From Octopus sinensis (Eukaryota): DNA of 64,000 nt. The position numbers and the translations under genes were made by a program. The DNA is taken from positions 138,322,001 to 138,386,000 of the forward strand of contig NC_042999.1 in NCBI RefSeq assembly GCF_006345805.1, read 5' to 3'. Positions 38,242 to 52,849 of the stretch are shown piece after piece. Position 1 is the first letter of the stretch. Each line of letters opens with the position of its first letter. The notes beneath the pieces are model-generated. The model searched no databases, was not told the origin of the DNA, and saw only the letters and a list, made by a program, of their open reading frames with translations.

Positions 38242-39467
38242 TAACAGGCGTAACAGAAGTAAATAGATACCCTTATAATCATTAAAATTTATTTAAATCT
38301 GAAATTATACATTCAAATTATTTATTAATTGCTATAATGAGACTATTTAATATTTAGTAGACATGCCCTTTGCATTTTTCAATACAAGGACTTTATTAGG
38401 CATGATAATGATCAGATGACGAATATTCTCTTGCGGAATTTCTTGCCTAGTTTCATGAAGTAATTTCCAAATTACCTGGCTCTGAAAATGCTTCATTGAT
38501 CTTTTTATGAATTGTCCTGTCCATTATGTCCCAGAGGTGTTGGACAGGATTCACAGCTGGTGCCTGGCTTGGTCATGGAAGCTTTTTTACACCATTCTCA
38601 TCCAACAAATCTTGGGTCGTTTTAGCCGTGTGACAAGGAGCCCCATCTTCCATAAGTAAAGAGTCTTCTTTAATCATTTAATCACTGGAGAAGATTGGAA
38701 GGAGTCCTTTCTGCAATATGGACACATACTTATCTTAGTTTATGTTTCCCTCACACTCCACCAGCTCTGATCGACCATTGATCCAAATTGCTCCCCAGGC
38801 CAACACAGGATAGCTGCTGTGTTTCATTGTTGGCTGCAATCTCTTTACATCAAATTCTTGACCACTGAGTCTCCAGACCCACACTCGGCCCCTGTCAGGA
38901 TATACAACAAATCTGGACTCGTCAGAGAATATGACAATGTCCCAAAATGCTTGTGGTCTCTCCACCATCTCACTGGCTCTTTCTTCACTTGATATTGGCT
39001 GGTCGAAGAAATGACTTCCTTCTTGCTGATCTACCATAGTAACCAAGTTTGAGGAGATACCCGACAGCTGTTCTGGGACTGAGATCAACTTGCCCTGCTA
39101 TGTCAGAGACCTTGCAACGGAGATTATCCTCCACATTTCTCTAAGCATCCTGTCAGAGGGCTCTGGTTGATATGGGCGAAGTGATGCGGACTCTCGTCTC
39201 TGGTGAATTGCACAATCACTCTATTAACTGTAGAGAGCGGGATCCCTATGTTTTCTGCGACTTTACGTTAAGTCCACCTTCAGAATGTCCCATAAAACTG
39301 CCTCTTTAAAATACAGACAGTTCCAAGGCTTCTTTTGTACATGGCATGATTAAAACAGTTACATATAGAACCTGAAACATAATGTCAATCAAAAAGTATA
39401 AACATTTACAAGTTAGAAAAAATATAAAACGATGTTTTATGGGGTATCTATTTACTTCTGTAATGTA
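38242..39467 (-). mobile_element. Tc1-family (DD34E-type) transposon, near full length and decayed
   Basis: TIR core acagaagtaaatagataccc at 38253-38272 and inverted at 39441-39461. Minus translation VIFSDESRF...VLAWGAI...MEDGAPCHTAK...PAVNPVQHLWD...NAKGMSTKY with in-frame stops. Confidence 0.9.
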
Positions 39468-39513
39468 TGTGTGTGCGTATATATATGTATATATATCTAT
39501 CTATATATATATG

Positions 39514-39582
<69 letters not shown>

Positions 39583-39770
39583 TAGATGAATGAATTATCC
39601 TAGTATGGATAATTCGGTTAATCGATACCTGGGTAGCAAATTCACGTCAGTAAAACACGGTTGAAGTTACATGCCAAGGGCAGAACCCCGTGTTCTTGTG
39701 TGGAAATTTGTGTGTTTTTTTATATGAATAAATGAAAAGAATGGAGTCGAACGAAGATTTTTACAAAATT

Positions 39771-39855
39771 CTTTTACTTTCGACATATGTTTCGAAGACT
39801 GCATACTCTTAATTCCGAAGGAATGAAGGTTGTATTATGCCGTCTTCTCATCATG
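39771..39855 (-). ncRNA. Hammerhead-like motif H1, disrupted core
   Basis: GTCTTC-GAAA-CATATG-TC-GAAAGTAAAAG is intact, but the 5' core reads ATGATGA because of a 16-bp triplication (39837-39883). Confidence 0.55.
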
Positions 39856-40750
39856 CCGTCTTCTCATCATGCCGTCTTCTCATATGTTTTTGTTAATGAG
39901 TTTGAGTGTTTGTGTGTGTGTATGAGTGTGTGTATATAACTGCATCTGTGTCTGTGTGTGTGTGTGTTTGCAAATGTATGTGTGTGTGTGGGGGGCAATT
40001 GTCAAATATATATAGTATTAATGTGAGAAATTTGTGCCTGTGTGTTTGATTGTGCGCATGATAGAGAGAGAGAGAGGGGGAGAGGTAGAGAGAAAGAGAT
40101 AAACATACGCCAACTATATTTAATGTTTGATGCAACAGAATAGAGAGGAAGCATTTGTCTACGGTAGTGGTGTAGACGTGAAAGTAATTTTTAAAACCAA
40201 AGGGTCTATCTATAGTATTTATTATTTATATGAGTGGAAGGTGTGTTTTTGCCTTTGTGTTTACATCTATAGGATTTTTCTATTATTGTGTTTACCAAGG
40301 GGAATTTGGCGAAAAGGATATAGAAGAGTTCAGAATTACAGATGCAACAATATTTCCTGCCCTTATCAAAAGGAAAGGATACAGATAATATGGACCAATC
40401 CAGTTTGAAAGTTATATTGTTGTCCTTAAGACGCCAAACTAATTTACTTAGTCCTGTACTATGTTGTTTTCTCTTATCTCGGAAAGTTGAATAATGGTTG
40501 GAAATTCTCTGGGACAATGGAGAAGTTGTCGCACCAATATAAAAGAAGACATCGGTACCGTAAGAAATTTTGCACTGGTAAATGGAATTTTAAATTTTAT
40601 TTATTTTATTTTTTTAAAACTTCCTCCTTCCAACCAATGTTGACGTCATTGCTTATGACGGATTATTTTAAATAAATACTCATTATCACTGTGGAAACCA
40701 TGTAGGCAGACGGTAAGAAGCTTTTGTTCGTCTTGAGGCTGATAGAGGTT

Positions 40751-40841
40751 CCTTGTATTTCCTGATGAGAAGACGGCATAATACAACCTTCATTCCTTCG
40801 GAATTAAGAGTATGCAGTCTTCGAAACGTCGAAAGTAAAGG
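40751..40841 (+). ncRNA. Type I hammerhead-like motif H1 in the inverted pseudo-LTR
   Basis: CCTTGTATTTC-CTGATGA(40762-40768)-GAAGAC/GTCTTC helix II extended by GCATA/TATGC-GAAA(40823-40826)-C-GTC-GAAAGTAAAGG. Confidence 0.7.
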
Positions 40842-40878
40842 AATTTTGTTAAAATCTTCGTTCGACTCCATTCTTTTC

Positions 40879-40949
<71 letters not shown>

Positions 40950-40984
40950 GTATAATATGTATATGTATATATCTATGTGTATTT

Positions 40985-41187
40985 CTATGTTTGTCCACCG
41001 CCAACGCTTGGTAACCGGTACAGGTGTGTTTACGTCCCCGTAACTTAGCGGCTCGGCAAAAGAGACTGATAATATAAGTACCAGGCATACAAAACTGTTC
41101 TGGAGTCTTTGTTCGACTAAAAACCTTCAAGGGGTGCCCCAGAATGGCCGCAGTCAAATGATTACAACAAGTAAAAGATAAAAGATA
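40985..41187 (+). mobile_element. SINE family B tail
   Basis: gtgtttacgtccccgtaacttagcgg...ggccgcagtcaaatga. Confidence 0.8.
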
Positions 41188-41254
41188 TGTTTTGGTGAGT
41201 GCACCAGTACTTTTTACTTTGATAACCACTAATACAGCATATACGCACGAACAT

Positions 41255-41700
41255 ACATATAAGAATACCTACGCTGAACTGTTGAAAAATCTGCAGTTAC
41301 CCTATCCAGATTACAAGTTCAGGTTTATACCTGTAATTATTGGGGCCCTGTGATATGAAACACACTGCCTGAATAGCAATCGTGAGAAATTAGGCTTCTC
41401 AAAACCAGATAGGAGAAAGCCAATTCGAAGACTACAGATCCAATCCATCACTGGAATTGTAAAATCTGTAAAACTTTCCAAAATATATATGAGCATGTTT
41501 AGATATGCTACTATATGCATGAGAATGCAAACAAAGATTAAAATATACAAATCTGCGCATATACATCCACACATACATACACACAAACAAAAATATGTTG
41601 CTGATATTGAAATTCCAATGAAGGAGCATTGGATCTAGGTTAGAAACCAGCTTTTTGTCTATTGGCAAGAAATCTTGAAATAAAACTGAACAATGACATA
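41255..41700 (+). mobile_element. 3' end of an RLE-type (R2/R4-like) non-LTR retrotransposon
   Basis: KNTYAELLKNLQLPYPDYKFRFIPVIIGAL*YETHCL...RRLQIQSITG (IP.IIGALG C-terminal motif); 3' UTR runs into (CATA)n. Confidence 0.65.
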
Positions 41701-42134
41701 CATATATACACACATACGTACGTACACACACACACACACAAATATATATGTACGTACATACATTCACACATACACACATACGTACATACATACACACACA
41801 TACATACATACATACATACATACATACATACATACATACATACATACATACATACACATACATACATACAAATAAGAGAACGACTTGCGCGCAATTTATA
41901 AAAATATAATGTGTAAATGGAACAGTAGAAATATGCAAGATTTAGCAACCCCCAACAGCTGTCCCTGAGACTTGTTGATGATCCTTGAAAAATATTGACG
42001 GCACTTGTGAGATACAGTATTTGATGGGATGAGCAGAAATGAGAATGGGTCTTGACTCAACCAGTTATAAAAGTGGAATCGATCACATGGGCCGTAAATT
42101 ACACAAACACGCTCCCGTGCGTGCAATGTTACAT

Positions 42135-42476
42135 GCTGAGACCCCCTTCGGTTATGACTGACCATGGGATTGCACCTAGAAAGTTACGCTCCCAGGCACA
42201 AGTCCGGGCAAGGTTGTTTGTGGAAGACCAGCAGTCGCCCATGCATACCGGCCTCCCCTCTCCACACCACCAGCATTATCCAAGGGGAAGGCTAAAGTAC
42301 TGATACAGCTTGGCACCAGTGGCGTCGCAACTCATTTCTACAGCTGAGTGACCTGGAGCAACGTGAAATAAAGTGTCTTGCTCAAGAACACAACACGCAG
42401 CCCGGTCCGGGATTCGAACTCACAAACTCACGATCGTAAGCTCGACACTCTAATGACTGAGCCATGCACTTTCACT
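42135..42476 (-). mobile_element. SINE family C
   Basis: Near-identical to 33263-33618. Confidence 0.9.
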
Positions 42477-43346
42477 ATGTTACATATATACACAAAAGTA
42501 ACAACGGTATGAACAGCTTCATTAGCCTCAACCACTGTGTTGGGATGCACAATACAACAGTAACAGTGCAGTAGGACAGTAACTGCCATGTTCGGTCAAT
42601 TTCACTTTTCCTGCCTTCGTTGTGGTCTTTATAAAACCTAAAGCCATACAGCAATAGGCTGGAACGTAATGTCCAGATTACAATACACCACTCCATACCA
42701 TTACCAGCTGTACGTCAGGATGAGCAGTATGACCTACTAGACAAAGATATATTTAATGCTTTGGATTTATAGATCGAGGCTAATAGTTTAGTCGAAAGAT
42801 GCTTACAACTATTTGATTTTAGTATAAGAAAAATTTAGAAAAGTCTGAGAAAATTCATTCCAAAAGATATAAAAGTGCAGATAGTATAAGCAAATTATTT
42901 ATGGGAGGAAAATATGAGTATCAGAGGTTGTATCCAGTATATTGTGACATATGTAACAGAATGTATTAATTCGAAGTAAATGTAATTTAATAAGAAAATC
43001 TGAAGTGTCATTTAGATAATATACAAGACATATTAAAAGGTAAATATAAAAGGATAACGAAACTCATTAAACCGAATGTGAATAGCGTGAAAAATAAAGC
43101 AACAATTACTTAATTATAGGCACTGATTTTAATGAAGTTAAATGAGAACGGAAAGTAAAACTCTTGAGATTATATTTAAATTGTGAAGTAGGAGGAATTT
43201 AGAGACAATCTCGACGACACTAATATTACACCTTCAGACGAAAGGCATATTGGGTAGAACAGCATGAAATTTTGAATCATTCGGTGGTTTTTCAGAAAAT
43301 TATATTTATACATTGCGAGAGAGAGGAAGAGAGAGAGAGGGAGAGA

Positions 43347-43384
<38 letters not shown>

Positions 43385-44904
43385 AGTAGCTTCATCTTTA
43401 CATTGTTTACTTTAATATATTTTTGTGCGGTTTCTCTTTTATTAGTGAGTTATAACAATTGGTTTTGTCTTCTATGCACTTTTTACTGTCTTTTGTGTTT
43501 TAGAGTAACTGTGTTTATCTTTTGTTTGTCATTTCAGTTAAGTATTTTAGGAGTTACATAAATAAATTGGTTTAGAACTATAATATTTTGAAGCGATCCA
43601 ATAACAGTGCTTTCAGCGCATGACTTTCTTGCGTCGATAGAATATATTTATTCTATTTTTACTATTAAATGGAAACTATGTTTTCTTTACCTAGAAATTG
43701 TATGTTTTCTTCCGCTAACTGTCATTTTATCATCTTATTTCCTGGCAATGTTTTGTTGAATATTTCTTTGGTATTTACTCTCTTTCTCTCTCGCCTCCAC
43801 TCGTATCATCTTTTGTTTATGATCTTTGATTCAATGGCTGTAGATATTGATGTAAAATATATAAAGAATCAAACAGTACATAGAACTCATGTTTACAAGC
43901 GACCTGCAAAATCAGTATGAAGTAAAATTTAACAGAATAGACATTGATAGGTAAGAATCCTAACACTGGTTATAAATCGTATTATAAGAATGTACAGATG
44001 GGCATTCAAGTTGGAAGGTGAGGGTATCACTTCTCAAAATTTGTGCAAATAAATGAAGTAAATTCGGGCAAACCAAGAGGAAAAATAATCGGACAGGGAA
44101 AGAAAAAGATAAATTGATAATTGATTCTGATTTAATGATGATTTCAAATTTTGGCTTATGGTCGGCAATTTCGAAGGAGTCGACACCGGTGTTCAACTGG
44201 TACTCATTTTATCGACTCCGAAAGGATGAAAGGCAAAGTGCAGTGACCATCAGGGTATCGCAAAGCCCTTCAAGTTTCTAGTTGATTCTCCAAGAGTGAA
44301 AATATCTAAAATAATAAGAAAAGAAAAAATGAATGTAATCCACGAATTTATTCACTTGCTTCGCTGCTTCCTTTAAAAGGACAATATTACATGAAACTAG
44401 AACCAGTTAAAGTTTAGTTTGAAAGATTTCTAAACCGAATGGTGCTGTTTCTCATGGTGGTAGTGATGGGGATGATGATATTAATAATACTGCTCTAGCA
44501 ATCATTGTTCAAAAGCGTATCCTTTATCTGTTCATATCTGTAATTTTTTGTTAGCATGTTTTTGTTTCTTTTTCTTTTCTTTGAATTAGTAATATTTTGC
44601 CATTTGTCATTTTCGCAACATGCCAATGTGGTGTGTCGAGGAGGATCATGTCTTGGGCTGAGTTGTGATTTTGTTTTGTTGCTAGCGTATTTGTTATTGT
44701 TTTGGGGATTCCTGTTGCTATTGTTGTTGTCTGTGATGTTGCTGACCTTGATGGCGGGGTCACTTCATTGGTTTTGTAGCTATTGCTGCCACACTTGGAG
44801 TTGCTGTTGTTGCTACTATGGTGCTTTCGAATCTTGTAGCCGATGCCGCAATCACTGTTGTTTCGGTTGCATGATGTTGTTGTAGTTGTTGTAACAGTTT
44901 GTGT

Positions 44905-46448
44905 CATGGTTGCTGCTGTTAATGGTGTTGATATTGTGTTGTGGACAATAGTGGACGCCTTCTTTCAGCTGTTATTTTTTCTGGTTGTTTGGGACTGAAA
45001 GCCTTGAGGCGATTAGAGTTTCCACAGTTGAAACATTCTACTCACCTCTATCATCTTAATTTCTGTCCTCCTTGGATCTCTACGACGTCGGGGATTTTAT
45101 CCAGTGTCTCAGGTTTCACTTGAATCAGTATCACCAACCCTATCCCTACCCAATTTTCTTTTTGGAACCTATATAATTCTAATAGCGTGGCTACACATTT
45201 CATCACCGACTGCAAAACTAAATCTGGTAGTATGTTTAAGATTTTTACTTGGATAACTCTCCGTCCAAGTTACATGAATTTCAGTGTAAAATCTTCAGTT
45301 CTTTGTGATGGAACGCTAGAATACCGTTGGACTAGCGCTTCCGAGTAAAAAAAAATCGGGTATATCCGAACTGGTAGGTATAAACCACATCATTCATGTC
45401 TCACAAACGTCTGTAAAACAGAGTTCAGCTGGCTTTGGATGTATACACTCTAATATATGTCTTTTCGTAGGTAAGCATCTATACAAATTGTTTTCTTTTG
45501 TTTTGTCTAAAAGATATTGCGGTAATTTGAGTGTAACGTTTCTCTGTTCTAGTCTGCTAGTATGTTTCTCTGTCCCTTCTCAATACTTATGATTTTTTCT
45601 TTTGCAGAATTAAACAAGAGTCGAAAACTTTGACGATCTTGGTAAAAGAAATTTTTTTTGCTGGGTTTTCACTGCAGCTGCTGTTGTTACCTTTAGTCCT
45701 TTACCGCCGCTACTGTCGCAATTGCCTTTGCTATCATCGCTGCTGTTGTTACTTTGGTTAACGTTGTTGATGCGACTGTTATCGTCTGCCGTTATTGCAG
45801 CTATGCAATTTTTTGAACTGTCAACGAAGAAAATACCTACTCTCCTTCCATGAATACACTACCGTCTTTGCTACCATTGTTTCGGCTGCTGCTGTTGCTT
45901 TTGTTAATGCTGTTGTTGTTACTGTTACTGTCGTTTGTCTCTGTAACACTAGTGCAATTGTTTGGACTTTGAACTTTCAACGCTTGAAAATCGTTCTTCT
46001 TCTCTTCTTTGTGCTGCATCTTGTCCTTGTGAGTCTGCTCTTACCTTGCCGAAGCCGATTCCATGTTTGTAAAAACTATGTTAAAAAAAAAGGAAAAATT
46101 TTCTAACAAATTTGTGCCCAGAAGGAGCGAGAAACAAATGGTTAATCAGTCCTATGTGTTCTGGTTGACTTTAAAAAATGTATCATATAATAAAATTTCA
46201 ACAATTAACAGATTTTGAACGTATAAATAGATGCCATGGTTGCTGCTGTTAATGGTGTTGTGGACAATAGTGGACGCCTTCTTTCAGCTGTTATTTTTTC
46301 TGGTTGTTTGGGGCTGAAAGCTTTGAGGCGATTAGTGTTTCCACAGTTGTAACATTTTACTCACCTCTATCATCTGTAGTTTCTGCCCTCCTTGGATCTC
46401 TACAACGTCGGGGATTTTATCCAGTGTCTCAGGTTTCACTTGAATCAG
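44905..46448 (+). repeat. ~220-bp direct duplication (44905-45128 and 46235-46448)
   Basis: Colinear match with several substitutions and one ~11-bp indel. Confidence 0.85.
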
Positions 46449-46499
46449 AATGAGCGAGTCGAAGAGACATGTTACTGATACCACAACAAAAATAACGAT

Positions 46500-46920
46500 T
46501 CTTTCTACTATAAGCACAAAGCCTGAAATTTTGATGGAGGAGATTAGTCGATTACATTGGCCCCAGTTCTCAACTAGTACTTATTGATCTGAAAAGATGA
46601 AAGGTAAAGTCGACCTTGGCGAAATTTGAACTCGGAACGTACAGATGGATGAAAGCCGTTAAGTAATTTATCCGGCGTGCTAACGATTCTGCCGGCTTGT
46701 CCCCTTTTGTAATTGTTTCAAGATTTGGCACAAGGCCAGCAATGTCAGGAGGAGAGGATTATTCGATTACTTTGATCTTCAGTACTTGAGTGGTACTTTA
46801 TTTTACCAACCCTGAAAGAATGAAATGCGAAGCTGACCTCCACAGAATTCGAACGCAAAATTTAAAGAGTCAAAAGAAACATCTCGAAGCATTTTGTTCG
46901 AGGCACTAAAGATTCTACCA
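46500..46920 (-). mobile_element. Two diverged SINE family A copies
   Basis: Reverse complements of the body, e.g. aaaggtaaagtcgaccttggcgaaatttgaactcggaacgt. Confidence 0.7.
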
Positions 46921-47709
46921 CTTGTAGTGATTTCTTATATTACAACTTTAGCGAGGACAAGTTACAAATAATAATTATGATGCATTGTAAAAAAAAATCG
47001 AAACTTTGACAATAGTAACAACAATCTCAACATCAACAAGAAGAGCAAGAGCAGTAGGCGCAACAAAACGATAAAGACTGAACGTGTGTATGAAGTGGGC
47101 GGCGAGGGTTGCGACAGATATAATTGTGGCCTTGAACTAAAATGCCAAATCAAGGTTTTTTTTTTTTTTTTTTTTACTAATGTTTATGTATAGTAAGTTG
47201 AAGCAATAAAGGCTGGTGACTGCGGTAAAAGTTGTCAGAGGAATGGTATCAGTAACCGCCATAGATGAGGCGGCTATTATAGGATTGCCAATAAGCGCTA
47301 GAGTAAAAAAAAAAAAAGAAAAAGAGATTGAGAGAAAACTCGAGAAAGTAAAATAGAACATCACACATACACAGACACACACACACAAATATACACGCAC
47401 ACACAGCCCTCTAGTTAAAAAGAATGAGGTCAACACGCGGCCTATAATCTAGCTAAAGTGGTTGCGAATTTTATTTAGTTTGGGGATTTTTTTTATCCTT
47501 TACTATTCTTTAGTTTTTATTTGTATTCTTTTCGAATGACAGACGACATGCAGCTCGTTTATAGGTCACTGTTTCTTTTGCTTATTATATTTACTTGGCA
47601 TTGTAAATTGATAAACAGTTAATTCAGATGCTATTGTCAGATTTAAATCTTCATCTATACATGTATGCCCGTCTATTCATGTATGTGTACTTCTAAGTAT
47701 TTCTCTCTC

Positions 47710-47754
<45 letters not shown>

Positions 47755-47755
<1 letters not shown>

Positions 47756-47845
47756 GGGCAAGTGTCTTATACTGTAGCCAAAGCCTTGTGAGTGGATTTG
47801 GTGGGCGGAAACTGAAAGAAGGCCGTCGTGTGTGTGTGTGTGTAT

Positions 47846-47878
<33 letters not shown>

Positions 47879-48115
47879 CATACACACACACATATATATA
47901 TATTGTGTGTACTTCTTTGCGTCTGACCCCTACTACCGCTTGACGACTGGTACTGGTGTTTGTATGTCCCTGTTTTGGTATTGTTGGCGGTTCAGCAACA
48001 GAAACCAACAGAATAAGTACCAGGCTTTAAAAAAAGTGCTCGGGTCGATTTGCTCGACTAAAAATTCTCCAAGGGAGTATCTCGGCATGGTCACAGACTA
48101 TGAAAGAAGTAAAAG
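47755..48115 (+). mobile_element. SINE family B, 5'-truncated
   Basis: Partial head, microsatellite and tail. Confidence 0.75.
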
Positions 48116-48157
48116 CTATATATAATATAATATAATATAATAATATATAATATTATA

Positions 48158-48263
<106 letters not shown>

Positions 48264-49204
48264 ATATATATATAATATATATATATATATATCATCTTGC
48301 ATATATGGGTACAGGGCGTCACCAACGGTGCAAATAACGTACACACTAGAGTTAGATACAAGACGTGGACAGTAAGTACAGGATAAAAACGAGTGAAATA
48401 CGAAAACAACGAGAAAAAATGGAAAACAGGACAAGTTAACACAGAATAAGGACCCTTCATCAGTTATCAGCTGTTTGTCTACTCCTCATTTTCGAGCATT
48501 AAGCAGATACGCGTATAAATAAATACATGCAATAACAAAGGAGAGAAAATAGCACACATTTGGTTACTGTTGTAGCTGTTGTAAATATTTGATAACAGGT
48601 TGACTCAGCTCCTCAACACTTAAAGATCGTGGGCGCAGATACGCGTCCACATCATCAGATGAACAGACTCAGGGTCGGTACACTTGAGAATGTGAAAGCG
48701 TTATATATGTGTAAGTGTGTATGTGGGGCGTGCGGGAGTCCTTAGCTACCACAATTCCTAAGTGCGTTCTACTCTGCTGTGGTAGTAACTACCAAGGGGC
48801 TTAGTTGCGGATCAATTTACAGAAGATGGTTATGTGTCTTAAGAATACAGGACTGGGCTGCGCTCTGGCACCTAGAGATATATCTCGCAGGTCTTTCGAT
48901 AAGTAGAGTGCCCTGATAGCTCTTGAGTTAGCATTTCCCCACTGTCTAAGGGCTAAACAGACCTTGTATTCAAAGGTAAGATAGAAAGAGCAGGGAACTA
49001 ATAGAGTAAATTATATAAAAACTAACACGACAACAGGAAATCGGTGAACAGGTAAGTTATGGGGTCGTAAACAAACTAACACCTGTTGTCAAATGGTGGT
49101 GGGTGGGTGGGACAAACGAAAAAGACTGGCTCATATAGGCATAGACACATACATGCAAACATACATACATAAATACATTTATTCATACACACACACATAA
49201 ACCG

Positions 49205-49360
49205 CGGGCTTCTTTCAGTTTCTATCTATCAAATCTACTCACAAGGCTTTGGTCAGCTCAAGGCTATAGTAGAAGAGACTTGCCCAAGGTGCCACAAAGT
49301 TAGACTGAACCCAGCCCCAGGTAGTTGAGAAATAAACCTCTTACCACGCAGCCGCACCAG
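49205..49360 (-). mobile_element. SINE family B head
   Basis: cgggcttctttcagtttc...gactgaaccc. Confidence 0.75.
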
Positions 49361-49529
49361 TCCTGCGTTTGTTAAGTGGTCTGTAACTATTTCTTTGGGG
49401 TTTTTGTTTTCTTTCCCTAACTCGGTTTATTAAGAACTTTTTGCATACGTACTCAATGCACTACCACCTACCGGAAGTACACACACACGTATGTATATGT
49501 ATATATACATCTGTGTGCATAAATGTATG

Positions 49530-49591
<62 letters not shown>

Positions 49592-50096
49592 CACACACAC
49601 ACATACACACACCAGCTATTATCTTTTCTCTGCAGACGGTCTTCAGTCGCAGAGGAATTTATAGTATGGCCTTAATATACTCATATTATACGAAGTATAC
49701 AACTGGCTTATTATGTAACACATAATCAGCCACAAACATACACACTCAGTTGTGCACTGGTGTGTGTTTGTGTGTTTGCAATTTGTGCCTTTTTGCGCGT
49801 GAGTGTGAATGTATAAATACACATACACGCATTCAAGCGCACGCACATACAAACTCGTACAATCACACACACACACACACACATACATACATAGAAAGAG
49901 AACGAGATGGGGAGAGAGAGAGAGAGAGAGAGAGAAAGAGGGGAGACAGAGAGATGGAGTTACATAGAGAGATAAACAGACATATATATATGCAATTCTT
50001 CAAGAAGAATAGTATTGATAGTAACTTCGAAGTTTGAACCAGTCAAGCTATTATCGGTCTGTCCGACAACTTAAAGACAAACGTATAAATACAAAG

Positions 50097-50300
50097 GCGT
50101 CGGCGTGGCTGTGGGGTAAAAAGCTTTCTTCCCAATCACATGGCTCCTGGTTCAGTCCCACTGCGTGAAATCTTGGGTCAGTGTCTTTTACTAAAGCCTT
50201 GTGAGTGCATTTGGTAGACAGAAACTGAAAGAATCCCGTCGTATATATGTATATATCTATGTGTGTGTGTGTCTTTATATCAGTGTTTGTCACACCGCCA
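50097..50300 (+). mobile_element. SINE family B head
   Basis: ggcgtcggcgtggctgtgg...ggttcagtcccactgcgtg. Confidence 0.75.
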
Positions 50301-50312
50301 CCATCACCACCA

Positions 50313-50352
<40 letters not shown>

Positions 50353-51319
50353 AATTGTGCATCTATACAAAGGATTAATTCACCCTCTCTGTAATGCTAA
50401 TAAGCAGGAATTGAGATCCACCTCGTTGTGATTAACAATGGATAAATTTGTCTTCTGTGAGTATGTAATCCCTCATCATATCTCTGGAAATTCATATGTG
50501 CACTATGGATTAGGTCACCTTCTCTGGGTTGCTATTAAAACTTTTTTAAAATTCTGTGATAAGACTGTACATCATCTTTAAAGAACTTTAATGAACTTTG
50601 GATATCTGTTTATGTTTATGTTACTTAATTATCTTCATTACTTCATGAGTATAGCCTCAACCACTAGGATGTCTAGAGAACTCACATGTATTTTAGCTGA
50701 TGAGTACGGGACACGTTTATATGCTGTAATTTTTACAACTTTTAATAAAGCCTGTCCTTGTATGAAACGATTGTACTAAAAACCTATCCATTCTTGTTGC
50801 TTCTTTCTCGCTTATAATCACCCCACATTACTGTATTGTTAAAACAGTATAGTTCTTTTTGGTGCATCTAAGTTAGGTACCATATTCAAGTAAATTCATT
50901 TAAATTAACTTGAATCTTTATTGCTTTTTGAGTATATATATATTATATTATATATATATATAATATATATATATATATATAAATGGGAAAAGAAGAGAAG
51001 TTACGTAATCACCACCGTTAGCTTATAGCTGTTTCTGTAATACGAAGCAGTGCACTCAGCGCTGAAGGCACTGCTTTTTATAAAAAAAAAAAAACAGATG
51101 TAAGCTAAAGAAGGTAATTACTTGACTTCTTTTCTGTCGTCGTTTATTAATTAATATTTCGTTCTGTACTCGCCTAATGCTTTAGTAAAGCAATAGGGAA
51201 GTACAGAGCGAAAGAATTCTATTGAGTTCTAACATTTGCTTATTAGTATCGCTAATGCCTAAGGGAGATCATAACATACATACGTAAATTTACAGGATGA
51301 CATAATGTACTTGTATACT

Positions 51320-52338
<1,019 letters not shown>

Positions 52339-52849
52339 AGGTTTTTCATAAGGACCTGCAGACAGACTTCATAACTAAGTTCCATGATATCTAAGAGGTG
52401 ATGGATTGTTCCGTGATGGTCCTAATTTTTGTATAAAACCATAAACAAATGAACTACGCACGACAAATAAGCCCTCACAACTTTTTTATTTTGGGGAATT
52501 TTCAGAAAAGTTTTGCGAATTTGTATTATACACTCGAGAATTCATACGATTATGCAAAAAAAAAAAGGCCTATTTAGCTGTTATTTTTAGTACACCTCAC
52601 AATTACCTCAATGACAGAAAAAAAAAAACACGAGTAAATAACCCGTATTTGTAGTTTTAAGCATTCACAATGCCTTTAATGCAATAAACAGCTCATTACA
52701 AATTAAATATTTCTGAAAATAAGAAACTTATAGCACAGACAATTTATCCAAAAACAAAATAGCACATTACAAATTAAATATTAAGAGAAAAACAAACATT
52801 TTGCTGACCAGTTCATTGTAACCGAAAGTTAGAAATGTATTCGAACAAT

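Larger units (their letters stand above)
39595..40880 (-). mobile_element. Penelope-like element: GIY-YIG C-terminus, 3' pseudo-LTR and an inverted pseudo-LTR at the 5' truncation point
   Basis: ORF 40206-40517 RISNHYSTFRDKRKQHSTGLSKLVWRLKDNNITFKLDWSIL...CCICNSELFYIL...VNTIIEKSYRCKH resembles the C-terminal half of a PLE GIY-YIG domain. 40590-40880 is an inverted copy of the LTR part; (TA)n on both flanks. Confidence 0.85.

Noticed and set aside
45605-45650. Possible 34-nt + strand exon (ttttgcag...gtaaaag); similar AG/GT pair at 61657-61735
   Set aside because: Splice-like dinucleotides are common in AT-rich DNA; most frames contain stops and there is no homology.
48440-48680. Two minus-strand CTGATGA motifs in a Penelope-like-looking repeat
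   Set aside because: No correctly placed GAAA after helix II; at best eroded remnants.
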